Assembly (NCBI RefSeq): GCF_964355755.1
Contig: NC_092673.1
Coordinates: 33,911,648 to 33,975,647 of the forward strand
Direction of reading: 5' to 3'
Origin: Antedon mediterranea
Taxonomy: Eukaryota > Animalia > Echinodermata
Length of the DNA: 64,000 nucleotides
Below are positions 49,274 through 62,440 of this stretch, one piece after another. The notes beneath the pieces are model-generated. The model made no database searches. It was not told where the DNA came from and saw only the letters and a list, made by a program, of their open reading frames with translations. Made by a program: the position numbers and the translations under genes. Each line of letters opens with the position of its first letter. The stretch's first letter is position 1.

Positions 49274-52200
49274 TTATTTCAGACACCATTTGTGTTTGCG
49301 ATTCCGTGGATCTGGTGCGCAGATGCTTTCCTTGAGGCATTTGTCGTAGTAATCCCTCTCTGTGATGTAATAAACCGGTGGCCAACGGTTGTGTTCCAGG
49401 CACACCCGGTCCTCACTATTCACTTCGCTAACAAGCTTCATTTTCTGAACCAGTTCAAAGTTCATGGATGTTTGGTGGCAGCACCACAACCGTAACTGAT
49501 CAGCATTATGTAGCTGTAGAGATAAATATAGAATTTTAAAAGTTATTAAAGAAATTTAATGTCATTCTAAACATTCATGATATAGAATTACCATGGGCTC
49601 TTTACAAAATCTCTTGGGTACCAATATTATTTCTATTAATTTAAATTTCATGAAGATGAAGATACTCCCTGTGAAATTTGAAATCAACAAAAATATATTT
49701 GCGGGCTGGGAGTCCTAGCTTGAGAGTAAGTTTTTCATAGATTACTTTACAGCTTGAATTGGTTTTGGCTTATAAATAGTGACCCTAGATGGGTCAAGGG
49801 TCAATAGGCTATTAATACAGCACTGTTCTAGAAGTAAGTGAGAAAGCTATCTACCATTCTAGTAGCACAAATATATTTGTTTTAACTATTTTTACTGTAT
49901 ACGACTGAATCCCAGGGGGCCTAGGTAGGGAGTGGGATTATGCTCAAATTGCATTAAATACGAATTTATATCCAAACTTACCCTAAATTAAAAAGTGAAT
50001 TATACTCAAGTATGGAATTATATACCCAAGCATAGAATTATAGCAGAGAATGGGATTATACTAAAAAAAGGATTATACTACAAAAAGAGATTGTACTAAA
50101 GAATGGGATTATACTAAAAAAAGGATTATACTACAAAAAGAGATTGTACTAAAGAATGGGATTATACTCAAACAAAGGATTATACTACAAAAAGAGATTG
50201 TACTAAAGAATGGGATTATACTCAAACAAAGGATTATACTCAAACAAAGGATTATACTCAAACAAAGGATTATACTCAAGCAAAGGATTATACTCAAGCA
50301 TGGGATTGTATTTGAGCATGGGATTATACTCAAACATGGGATTATACTCAAGCATAGGATTATACTCAAGCATGGGGTTGTACTTGAGCATGGGATTGTA
50401 CTTGAGCATGGGATTGTACTTGAGCATAGGATTGTACTCAAGCATGGGATTGTACTAGAGAATGGGATTGCACTTAAGCATGGGATTGTACTCACGAATG
50501 GGATTGTACTAGAGTATGGGATTATACTAGAGAATAGGATTATACTAGAAAATGGGATTATACTCAAGCATAGGATTGTACTCAAGCATAGGATTGTACT
50601 CAAGCATAGGATTGTACTCAAGCATAGGATTGTACTCAAGCATAGGATTGTACTCAAGCAGGGATTATACTCAAGCATAGGATTATATTTGGTCATATAC
50701 GGTATATAGATTATAGATTATGGACTGGGGGTGATAAAATGCTTGCAGAATACTTAATCCACCACTGTATTTGATACCTTAGCCCGATTGATAGTTGCTA
50801 CAGTGATCCTAGCAACCTCTTTCTGTAACTGCTTGTCATTCTTGTTCTTCTCCATCATCTTACTTAACACCGTTACCAGCATATCTTCCATGATAGCCAC
50901 CAATCTCGGAAGACACAAGAAGTTAGCTAGTTCAACCACATTCATCGCTTCTTGGTAGCCGAGCAGACTGCATTTGTCGGTGTATATGTATTCAAGCAAT
51001 GCATTGAAAGTCTTCTTTCCAAAGCCTTCTATTGCAACCTATAACAAATACATTACAGTATAACAACACAATTGAGCAAAACTAAAGACCTACTGGGTAT
51101 AGCTCAACACTATGTATGGGTCACAGGTTAGATTGTTGAAGGCCAGTGAGCATGTAGTCTTAAGTAAATATATATGAAGAATTTCACTTAAGTGGTATTC
51201 ATTTAGAAAGTAGTATTTTTTTCAAACGTTGATTCCCTTAGCTAGCCATAACAATATAATGGCAATCAAACTTCTATCACAAATACAGGTTTAATATTCA
51301 AAGCATTTGTACACTACAATAAGTAATCTCAGTTAAGGTAGCTCGCTAATGTTCTTCCTATTTCTATAATCTTACCTCATTACTTGAACTCTCTCTAAAG
51401 TGTCCTCCAAGCATGGCTAACATTGGATCACATCGTGCCATTAAGATGCTCTTGTGTGTGACAACAACGCCATCATCAACTTTTATCAACATATCTGTCA
51501 GAACAAAATTCAAATACCATTATGAATGAATGAATAAAAAGAGAATTTCTCATCATAATATTGATTATTATTTTTAATTATTTGAAATCAAGGCCTGAAC
51601 TTGAGATGGCATTAAAATCCTCCTAAATTTTCCTATGTCCAAATGCCATTTTCTCTTGGTATGTTCATTGTCAATAAATTATCTCTGTCATTCAACTTGG
51701 TCCCAATTACACAGCCTCGCTTAATAATATTTCATTCACGAAGAAATCAATTGGATAAATCCTATAATTAATGTATAAATGCTGACACAGCTATAATTCA
51801 TATATCTGCTGATGAACGTGCACATTCCACCTATGAAGCAGAATTGTTATGAATAATTAAACAAAACAAAACTCTAATACACCCTGTGATTATGCTAAAA
51901 TATTAATAAATGAGTGAAATGATAAAGATGAGTCAGAGTTTATTCACCCTTTGGACATCTTGCAATGAGGATTTATTCTCAAAATGACAAGGTAACAGAG
52001 GCTAGGTTGTGTAATATTTCAGTCACATGGAAGATACACTGTTAAACGGTAATGAGTGCTCACTGGCTAAACTCAGGGGCCCCAGAGCTTATATGGCTCC
52101 TGAACAGTTCACAGGCATTAAAATATGTCGAAAAAGGCTAAAAACGCCCAAGCCCTCCAGCTTTGGAGGCCCACATAGGGTTCATTAACCAGGGGCCTTA

Positions 52201-55200
52201 GGTCTCTATGTCACACCCCACTGAGGCCCACATAGGGTTCATTAACCAGGGGCCTTAGGTCTCTATGTCACACCCCACTGAGGCCCACATAGGGTTCATT
52301 AACCAGGGGCCTTAGGTCTCTATGTCAAACCCCACTGAGGCCCACATAGGGTTCATTAACCAGGGGCCTTAGGTCTCTATGTCACACCCCACTGAGGCCC
52401 ACATAGGGTTCATTAACCAGGGGCCTTAGGTCTCTATGTCACACCCCACTGAGGCCCACATAGGGTTCATTAACCAGGGGCCTTAGGTCTCTATGTCACA
52501 CCCCACTGAGGCCCACATAGGGTTCATTAACCAGGGGCCTTAGGTCTCTATGTTACACCCCACTGAGGCCCACATAGGGTTCATTAACCAGGGGCCTTAG
52601 GTCTCTATGTCACACCCCACTGAGGCCCACATAGGGTTCATTAACCAGGGGCCTTAGGTCTCTATGTCACACCCCACTGAGGCCCACATAGGGTTCATTA
52701 ACCAGGGGCCTTAGGTCTCTATGTCACACCCCACTGAGGCCCACATAGGGTTCATTAACCAGGGGCCTTAGGTCTCTATGTCACACCCCACTGAGGCCCA
52801 CATAGGGTTCATTAACCAGGGGCCTTAGGTCTCTATGTCACACCCCACTGAGGCCCACATAGGGTTCATTAACCAGGGGCCTTAGGTCTCTATGTCACAC
52901 CCCACTGAGGCCCACATAGGGTTCATTAACGAGGGGCCTTAGGTCTCTATGTCACACCCCACTGAGGCCCACATAGGGTTCATTAACCAGGGGCCTTAGG
53001 TCTCTATGTCACACCCCACTGAGGCCAACATAGGGTTCATTAACCAGGGGCCTTAGGTCTCTATGTCACACCCCACTGAGGCCAACATAGGGTTCATTAA
53101 CCAGGGGCCTTAGGTCTCTATGTCACACCCCACTGAGGCCCACATAGGGTTCATTAACCAGGGGCCTTAGGTCTCTATGTCACACCCCACTGAGGCCCAC
53201 ATAGGGTTCATTAACGAGGGGCCTTAGGTCTCTATGTCACACCCCACTGAGGCCCACATAGGGTTCATTAACCAGGGGCCTTAGGTCTCTATGTCACACC
53301 CCACTGAGGCCCACATAGGGTTCATTAACCAGAGGCCTTAGGTCTCTATGTCACACCCCACTGAGGCCCACATAGGGTTCATTAACCAGGGCCTTAGGTC
53401 TCTATGTCACACCCCACTGAGGCCCACATAGGGTTCATTAACCAGGGGCCTTAGGTCTCTATGTCACACCCCACTGAGGCCAACATAGGGTTCATTAACC
53501 AGGGGCCTTAGGTCTCTATGTCACACCCCACTGAGGCCAACATAGGGTTCATTAACCAGGGGCCTTAGGTCTCTATGTCACACCCCACTGAGGCCAACAT
53601 AGGGTTCATTAACCAGGGGCCTTAGGTCTCTATGTCACACCCCACTGAGGCCCACATAGGGTTCATTAACCAGGGGCCTTAGGTCTCTATGTCACACCCC
53701 ACTGAGGCCAACATAGGGTTCATTAACCAGGGCCTTAGGTCTCTATGTCAAGATTCTACTCAAGCTTTTGTGTCTTTATCATAACACTGATTTCTTCAAA
53801 ATCGAAAAAAAATAAAGAAATTATGACCTCAGATAGTCGTACAATGACTTAAATATCATAAATTTGGTTGTGTGTGAACTTTTTTGTTTATTTCAATGCA
53901 GAAACAACATATACATACATCAAAATTCAGTTATCTTTGTAATCCGGGAGAAAAATGTGGAAAACAGGAAGAGATGTTAGGCTGGGAGACAAGTTTAAAA
54001 TATGGAGTCTCCCAACCAAAACAGGATTGTTGCCAAGTATTAAGGGGACATCATCAGTCCCCAAAATAAGAGTGTTTCCTGAATGGTGTTGGCCATAGAG
54101 TTAAAATATATATTGCCTCTTGTTCTCTTCAGTAGAAAGTGTCCCAAAGGAGAGGTTCTACTGAACTTCACATATCTCCAAGGAAAATGGATTATAAATA
54201 ACTGCAAGAAAACATATACTTTACCTGATAACATGCCTTGATTGAGACAAAAATCATAAAGCTTGGTTGTTCTCTGTTCAATAAAATCATCTATGATTGG
54301 TTGATTAAGGTAATCCTGATCCTTCATTAAGTTGACTATGGCATAGCTTAGATCTTTCAACTCCAACAGGTTAGATGCTGTTTCCACATCCAGCAGACAT
54401 CCCTTACTGGGCAACAATCCTTTGTATATAAACTCCAAGACCATCTTGAAGGCATCGGGCGTAATCTTCGGTTTTAAAACAACGTAATGCTGCAGGAACG
54501 GTTTACCGGTAATGGGATCTGTCGTCTGTTGCAAGTGTATGGAATGGAAGGCTTCGTGGTCGAGGGATTTACCAAGTGGATTTTGGATGGACTGGGCAGA
54601 CTCAGAAGGATTAGTTCTTATGTCAGAATCAGATTCTTTGTCAACATCAGAACTGATCACATCAGATTCTGTAATGAGATCATCTGTATTTTTTCCATCC
54701 ATTTCTGGTTGTTGAGTTGATGTTTTGTTTAATGCATTATGGTATTGTAAGGAGGAATCAGTCAATTGTGGCGAATTGTCGGCAGCAGACAAGACAGTTG
54801 TTGATGAAGCAGGCTTGCTATCAAGTTGTTCCGATAGATCCATCATAAATAACTGCTGAAAGGTATCTGATGCTGATATCAAAATAATCTATATATAGAA
54901 ATAACAAATACATTATTTTTGAGAATTAAAAGTTACATGTGCAGTACACCAAAAGGAAATAATATGAAATTGAGAATTTTTTAATGTTTTGGTGGAGACA
55001 TTCACAACCGTATTTTATGCCTTTTAAGCTCTGTCTACACTATCAAACTAATTTGACAAAAAAAGTGTGATGTACCCAAATATGGTAGTGATAATGTATG
55101 GGCACATTTTTTGGTGTCAATAAACTTTGATAGTGTAGACAGAGCTTAAGAAACACATGGTGTATTGCAAACCTAACATTACTAGTGAATTCACCATGTA

Positions 55201-58200
55201 AACTGTATATATACTGTAGTAACAAATTTTTTTGTAATAAAATATCAGAATGGAACCAAAGTAGTGAACAAGATACAAAGCCACCAAGCAGATAATTTTC
55301 AGCTGTTATGTAACAAAGAGATAGAAGATGAAAATGGAGTACTGCTCTACTAAGTTAGCGACTACAGATTGTGCAACCTACTTTATGTGCATAAAAAATC
55401 TGGCCTTGAGTGAGAAACACAACATCAGCACACGTTGTATCAGCCAGCAGGTTGCCAATCTCTTGCATAAATGTTGACTCTGGTATGTGCACGTGAGGTT
55501 CACCAGGCTTGTCTGGTAGGTAAGGAGCTTGGAGTAATGGCAGCTGCACCTTGCGTAAGTTAGACTGCAGGAAACGGTGGTGTCGACGATGAATCAACGC
55601 TGCACGAATTGCACTGCTGAAGATTTCTTGGATCCCGTATTGCTTGAATGCACTCGTCTCGTAATAGTATGCTCCGATGTCTTTTGCAGTCTGTCTCCCA
55701 TAACTTGGCAGTATGATGTTCTTGGGGTCAAATAATCGATGTCGTGTACAATGGTGACTAGAAAATGCAATTATGATAAATTTTTTGTATAACTCTTGGA
55801 ACTGCAGGAACGATTGAAAGGACACTTTTAGTACATTTAAAATCTTAAATCCCATACAATAGGCTACCTACTCTCATGTTCACCGCCATTTTTGAAGCAT
55901 GACAATCTTTAATCATGAAATGGTAAATTGGATGGTTGCAGGGAGTATAACTTTTTTCCAGTGAAAAGCTCAGATATATACTAGATTCTTTAACCCATTA
56001 AAAAGCCTTTTGAGCACAAACGTTCTTCACAGCAGAGCATTATAGCATGAACAATTTTTACATGGATTTTTTTTAAATACATAACATACAGTATCTAAGG
56101 CTTTTTTTAAATTGTGCTGGAATCTTATTTCAATTGAAAGCCTTTGGAGCACAACTTTCTTGAGAACATGTCATTATTTTACTGTATACTCATGGCTTAT
56201 CCATTCCAGGCAACATACTTCAACAAGAAATATAACATTACCTGAATTTGCTACGATCTTTCATCAATAACTGTACCTCTGAGTTACGTAAATCATTCTT
56301 TGTTCCACAAAGGATGACTGGAGTTCGAGGGCACACTCGATTAATCTCCAATGCCCACACACGTTTAACATTCGCAAGAGAAATCGGATCAGCAATAGAA
56401 AAGCAAAGAACAATGACATCAGCACTATAAGAATTGAATAAAACATGAATACAACACATATCAATCAATTCATCTTTAATTCGGAAATCACATTCATAGA
56501 GTAATAACATAAAGTAGTATAAGTAAAAGAAATAAATTATATAAACACTATATCGGGGAAGAGTGAAATTTGACTCTTCCCGGGGCCTATAGATAATCTG
56601 TGCAGCCATTATTGTTCACAAAATAATATTAGAACCCTATTAAGGGAACACTTTTGGGACCCAAAAATGTCTCATCTTATAAAAAAAAAATGTATTAGAG
56701 ATGTTGCAATGGAGTATTCAATGGCATTACATTGAGTCATTGATTTATGCATGAACCAAGTATAAAATGAATTAGATTGACTAGTCTACACTTACTATAC
56801 CCTCTGGTACTTATTCTGGCTATCAAATTAATTGGTTATCCGCACTTGGCGGATAACCCCTTGTTATTGTAAGGATCTTTTTTTTTTTTTTCTATCTTAT
56901 TCTTCTTTCTTTCCCAGAATTTTGTGTCACGTGTATCTCAAATTCTTATCAACATTACATCGTATAATTTTGTCAGAAGATTGACCTTTAACTGTAGAAG
57001 TGCAGGACATTTCGTTTTTTTACTTTAGAGTCGCGCAGCGTAAGTTACGTGCAATTTTATGAATTTCAATGATTGATCATAGATTAAAAACCAAAAGTCA
57101 TTTTATATTGACGCTTGGTGAAAATTTAAGTCATATCAAGAGCAAACTTTCTATGGATTAAAAATGGCACGTTTCACAAAAAGTTACGCGCGCACGCACG
57201 TTTAAAATTTCGGAATGCGCAAAATCAATTTCTAATCAACTTTCTACGCATTTCATATCATTTTAAGCATGTCAAAAATTCCCACGTGAGCGCATATTTT
57301 TACGCGCGCGGTGCGCACGTAGCGCTAAAAACCTTTTTTTTTCGCGTGATTTATGTTTTTCCAGTCTTTTCTAGTAATTTGACCAACTGTCTAACAATTT
57401 CGATTTAAAATCACGTCATACGAGTACGTCGAATTGGACAATTTGTGCGCGTTTTTGATGAAAAAGTTAAAAAATTCGCCAAAATTAAGCCTTTTTTTAA
57501 ACAGTCATAGATTCTAAACTACACGGTGAACTTTTTTTTAATTACATAATCTGGAGGTTGATGAGTTGTAGATATCGGATCATGGATCAATATGGCTAAC
57601 TGGACATTGTGACGTCATCATATGGCCACTCGAATATAAAATATAGGATTTTTGTCTTTTTCGTCATAGCTCATCACATTTAATTGAGCGCATCTGCACT
57701 TATCCTTATTCCATTTCCCTCCGTTTTTTATATTGTTTTGGTCAATCAATTATCTTTCGCATGATTTAACATTTTTAAAATTGTGATGACGTCATCATGA
57801 TTAAAAGCGTGCATAACGTGGGTCACTTATTTTTATCATTACAGTAAATTTCAATCTGTTATAGCTCGTTAGAATAAAAAGTGATAATCATGATTAATAC
57901 GTTTTCTGGAAGCTATTTGATTGTAGATACGAATTCATGTGAATATTTTGCCAATCAGATGTTGTGACGTCATCATATGGCTAGTTGAGTTCAAAAAGTG
58001 GTATTTTCATCTCTTGCGTAAAAGTTCATTGCGTTTAAACGAGAGCGCATCTCAATTTTACGTGCCCAAAATTCTTCAAATTTGCAATAATGTAATTATT
58101 TAGATAATTATCTTCTAAAATTGTTATCTTTATATGTCAATTTGATGACGTCATTGTGTTAATAATTGGATTTAAAAGATGGGTCTCGTAATTTTGTCTA

Positions 58201-60323
58201 TGCTACACTGTATATAACATTATACAGTTTATTCTGTAAAATACTGTAATATGATATATGCTACATAATAGGTACAATTCAGCACTGTAAACATATTTAT
58301 TTCATGTCATAGGATGGCATAATAATTGTCGAGGTTCATATGGTTAAGTATGTGCATGGTTGCGTTTGCGCGGATAACCAGAACTAGTCAAAGTGACGAG
58401 TTCAAATCTAGTTAAGATTTATAGTTCGATGACCTTGGAATATACAGGTACTGTAGTTAATAATGCACAGAAATTAATCATCATTTTTATTATCTATTTC
58501 TATTGAACGAACATAAAATATTTTCAAAACCTTGAACACACATTGACAATGCATTTTTTTTGAATTTAGGAAATGATCTGTAAAATCTATGAATATGTAA
58601 ACATGAAGCCAAGAATTTTATCCTGTGTAGCGAAAGCTGCAGGTTTAAAATGAAATATAATATAAAGGTGAAGTATAACATGACAAGTATTCATAATTAA
58701 GCAAAATATTATATTAGATATACTTCGTTCAACATTTTACATTCCAATTCCTCAATAAACTGGATGAAATAAATGAACTCACTGTCAACACCCTCCTACT
58801 GTACTTCCCTCAATATCCCACTCTTCTCTAAATCAAACCTCCTGCAGTGTCCCACTGCCATCAATAAACCCTGTTTTCATATCAAACTTCCCTTTTAATT
58901 TCATACCCTTATCCACAATATTTATTTCCCTCAATGTCCCACTCTCTTCAAAATCCTACTTTGATTAAAATGGTTCTTCAATGTTGTACTTCCTCAGTGC
59001 CATACTTTTCTGCAACACAAAAAAATCAAACTTACCATTGAATATGTCACACTTTCCTTATTAGCACATCTCTCTTTGCTCACATTTTGCACTCAACACT
59101 CTATACTTCACTCAATACTGTACTACTATATACTATCAAATACAGAATTCTTTTCAAAATTATTCAATTCTGTATTAATATTAATTTCTTGTTTCTTCTC
59201 ATTAACCCAATTTAAATGTGATGTTAACCTAAATCAGTGCATACTTAACCCTCCGTCTAATTGGCTAATAACAAATGTAGGTAAAAGGGCAGATCTGTCT
59301 TTTAAAGGAAGTGTGGTGACTTTACCCATTGTATGCAAATCTTCGGTCTTTCTCATGGTCCCCAAATGTATCCCATAATCGCAAACTAACACTAACGCCA
59401 TCAACTGTTTCCCATGAATTCTCCAGAACCTGAAAAGAAAACCAGAAAATAAAATAGTATAAGGTACTTTTATATTCACTGTGAGTGAATATTTCATTAA
59501 AAAAGGTGTTTTGCAAAGTTAATAGTAATCTTTTTCAGTAGTCAAGGAATTTTAGGCTAGGCCATGAGTCTCTATGTGAACAGGTTTAATGCATACACAT
59601 ATGCATTGGCCACCGGTGTATAACAAATGTACAGGCCTGGGGAAAGCAAAGAATGTTTGAAAAGCTGTTCGGAAAAAATTGAAAAAGTTCTTTCAGCAAT
59701 GGTGTAACGCAGAGGCCTGATTCCCTGGTTTAGGTGTGCCTGTTGTTTTCTTTGGGCCCTTCTTGAGGGCCCCCTCCCCTGTAATTCCAGATTTAGCCAG
59801 TGAGCGCTCATAGCCGTTACAACATTGACTATTCTTGTTTATTACTTCATTTGGTTTTTAAGTATTAATAAAATCTAAATACATATGTATAAATTGAACT
59901 ATTTATCGCAAAATCTGCTTTGTCTTTATGAATATAATCAATTACTGTACAGAAGTACAATTTTCAACTTTTCAATTTATCTCTTCTTAATTTCAGAAGT
60001 ATATTCTTATTATAGTCTATGAGCAACAAATTTATTATTGTGCTTTCTATTAATCTTTTTTATATTCATTAATAATATTGATAATTCATAGGCAACCTTT
60101 GACCTGATCTATAATAAAAATCAAGAACCTTATGATGTCTTACCTGCTGGCATCTGTGGTATTGATCAATGGCCCAAACGGACGGAACATGAGTCTGCGT
60201 CAAAAGATTACGTGGCATCACCTGCCCCGTTGCCCGCGCAACAATCAACCTCGTCTTACCTACCGAACTATCACCGACGACGACGCACTTGATCAGTTCT
60301 TGATTAGGTAGTTCGTGGTCCAT
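49274..60323 (-). CDS. RHOBTB1: Rho-related BTB domain-containing protein (RhoBTB1/2-like), about 708 aa, 8 coding exons
   Basis: Exons (minus): 60144-60323 (gccaccATGG; [28 protein letters not shown]), 59326-59429 ([21 protein letters not shown]), 56242-56424 ([22 protein letters not shown]), 55382-55757 ([21 protein letters not shown]), 54225-54888 (split BTB1), 51376-51494 and 50778-51038 (BTB2, [12 protein letters not shown]), 49274-49513 (HNADQL..RWPPVYY..KWCLK*). Confidence 0.95.
49893..50704. mobile_element. TA-flanked TIR element (tactgtatacgactgaat / atttggtcatatacggta) whose interior is an 18-bp minisatellite
   Basis: Imperfect TIRs enclose more than 35 copies of gggattatactcaagcat. 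Confidence 0.6.
49995..50690. repeat. 18-bp minisatellite (gggatt[a/g]tactcaagcat)
   Basis: Direct reading; it explains the spurious repetitive ORFs at 50109-50696. Confidence 0.95.
52166..53750. repeat. 57-bp tandem satellite, about 28 near-identical copies, in a RhoBTB intron
   Basis: Unit gaggcccacatagggttcattaaccaggggccttaggtctctatgtcacaccccact; stop codons in all six frames; no spacers. Confidence 0.97.
55027..55146. mobile_element. MITE family A copy with clean TIRs
   Basis: tta|agctctgtctacactatcaaa...tttgatagtgtagacagagct|taa. Confidence 0.85.
56832..58413 (+). mobile_element. About 1.6-kb Helentron-associated (HINE/DINE-1-like) non-autonomous element
   Basis: 5' tggttatccgc..gcggataacc inverted repeat, T/C microsatellite, internal repeats (tgacgtcat at about 178-bp spacing), 3' gcggataacca, hairpin gaactagtcaaagtgacgagttc and ctagtt end; CpG-rich relative to its flanks. 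Confidence 0.75.
59697..59827 (-). mobile_element. hAT-like MITE (cagtggcgtaac-type TIR)
   Basis: Reverse-orientation relative of 61786-61947, sharing ggctatgagcgctcactggctaaa and aaaccaggg. Confidence 0.55.
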
Positions 60324-61785
60324 GGTGGCTCTGTTTTGCGATTGGAAATCTGATGCATACCCTGTGAGAAACAATAAAATTGCTGATGAGTCACATGACT
60401 TGGATAACACGGTGTGAGCAATGATGCGTATTGTTCTGCATTGCAGTTTTCTCATTATGATTTGCTATAATTTCTGATTTTACAACAATGCAAGACTGTC
60501 GACATGATGGAGTTAGGGTTGCATAACTAATTATATATAAATAAAATAACATGCACCAGGGAATTATTATATAAAATCTGTCATTTCAGATTTAGCAGGA
60601 ATGTATTGTGTCTATAATTATTAAAAAAAAAAAAACAAAAAATGGAAATGCTGTACTGTACAGTAACGCTTATACTGTTCTCTGACAGTTGGCTATGTGA
60701 TGGGATATGTTTATGTTGATGGCTTTATTGAAATGACATGTTGTTTTGTTTTTTTCTTTTATTATTTGAAAAGCAATGTATGTTGACGTACTTGTATCTT
60801 GGAAATAAAAATGTCTATAATTTATCTTACAAACTGTTCTCTGACTGTTACCCTTTTGATACAGACTAAATGTCTTATATTATCTTAATGTATACATTAA
60901 ATTCAGTATTCGATGCTCTAAATATCTTGGATCATTTTAACAACAAACGACCTTTTATTTTGTGTGTCTTATATTTGTTATTTAAGAGTTTTGATGTTGT
61001 GTAGTATCTTGTGTTTCTTGCATTTTTTAATTAAGATTTTTGATGTTTGTTTTGTAAAAAGCGGCATATAAATGAAATTTTAAAAAAAATCAACTACTGT
61101 AGCTTGTGAAAGCATATGTAGTCAGTTGAATTGGATGCATGTTTGAACCCTTGTATCATTTTCAATTAAACTTGTTTTACAGAGGATGACAACAATAAAG
61201 GCAAAAGCTGATAATCAAGGGGGCCCTAAATATTGAATACAACTCATGCAAACAAAGCATGTTGAAAAATTGTGATTGTTCTTTTGAGATATTATATCAA
61301 AGGATAAATGAAATAAATCCAAGTAAATCTATACATTTACTTCATTATTTAAAACAAACTATTATTTCCACTCCCATTAAATATCACTCAGCTTACAATT
61401 TATGAAACTACAGTAAGATCCACACAATCAAATCAAAACACCTCATTGATTCGGTCTTTGAAAGGATATGCAGATGAGCAAAGTCAACTGGGTGATTTGT
61501 TCATCATAAATAAAGCATATTGCACGATTCTTGTCAAACCTACTACGCATTGTAAACACTTAGTAGATCAAAAACAATTTGATCATAAATTTTATTACTG
61601 CCATGACAAATATCTTTAGAAAAATGTATTCAATCGAATATTCTAATTTTGAAACTATTCTTAATTATTAATATTGATTGATGGAATTTCTTAAGAAAAA
61701 CATAAATTATGCCCTATCTATTTTCTCAACAGATTTATGTAATTTAAGAAAAATAGGTTAAAAATCACTGAAAACAATGAAAAAT

Positions 61786-61947
61786 CAGTGTGGTAATGGC
61801 TATGAGCGGTCATTGGCTAAACTTAGGGACCCCAGGGATTAAGGGTGCCTCAAAGCATGAGCAGGCCCAATGCAACTACCAGCGTTGGTGGGCCCCTTTA
61901 ATAGTAGTACTAAACCAGGGGCCCTTTCCCCCTGCGATACACCACTG
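61786..61947 (+). mobile_element. hAT-like MITE
   Basis: cagtgtggtaa...gatacaccactg termini with imperfect 8-bp flanks tgaaaaat/ttcaaaat. Confidence 0.55.
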
Positions 61948-62440
61948 TTCAAAATTCACATCCCCTGCCTTTGGCAGTCGATTGCTGTTGAGTGAAACCT
62001 TACAGTTAGATGGTTTATCACAGGCTAGATAATGAATAATCAATCAATACAGACTTAATGTGATTTGTGTATATTTATGCAAATTGACATCGCTATCCTT
62101 CTCAATTAAAGTCTTTACAACCAGGGAATGTGTAATCTTTAATCCATGGCTTTACGTCACTATAATAATAGATACATTATTATTAAAACAAAGCTTTTGA
62201 TAAAAGTACATGCTGTTATGATGACTCAAATTGTGAAGCCATTGCATTCTCCAGGTTGCTATCAAGTTTGAGGGGGGGGGGGGGCGGGGGCGTGAAGCCA
62301 TTGCATTCTCCATGTTGCTATCAAGTTTGAATTGAAACTCAACAAATTCCAATACATACAGCAGTCTCTGCATACAATAAAATAGTTTAATATTTAACAC
62401 ATCTTTGTAATTTTCAATTCAAAGAAATAAAATGGCTTAA

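Noticed and set aside
49274-49290. C-terminal CAAX prenylation motif in RhoBTB (WCLK*)
   Set aside because: The Cys is third from the end, not fourth, so it is not a CAAX box.
50109-50696. 195-aa Cys/Ile-rich ORF and overlapping repetitive ORFs
   Set aside because: These are translations of an 18-bp minisatellite inside a RhoBTB intron; RhoBTB splices in phase around it.
52166-53750. CRISPR-like array or coding repeat
   Set aside because: Units are contiguous with no unique spacers, there are no cas genes, the context is eukaryotic, and all six frames contain stops.
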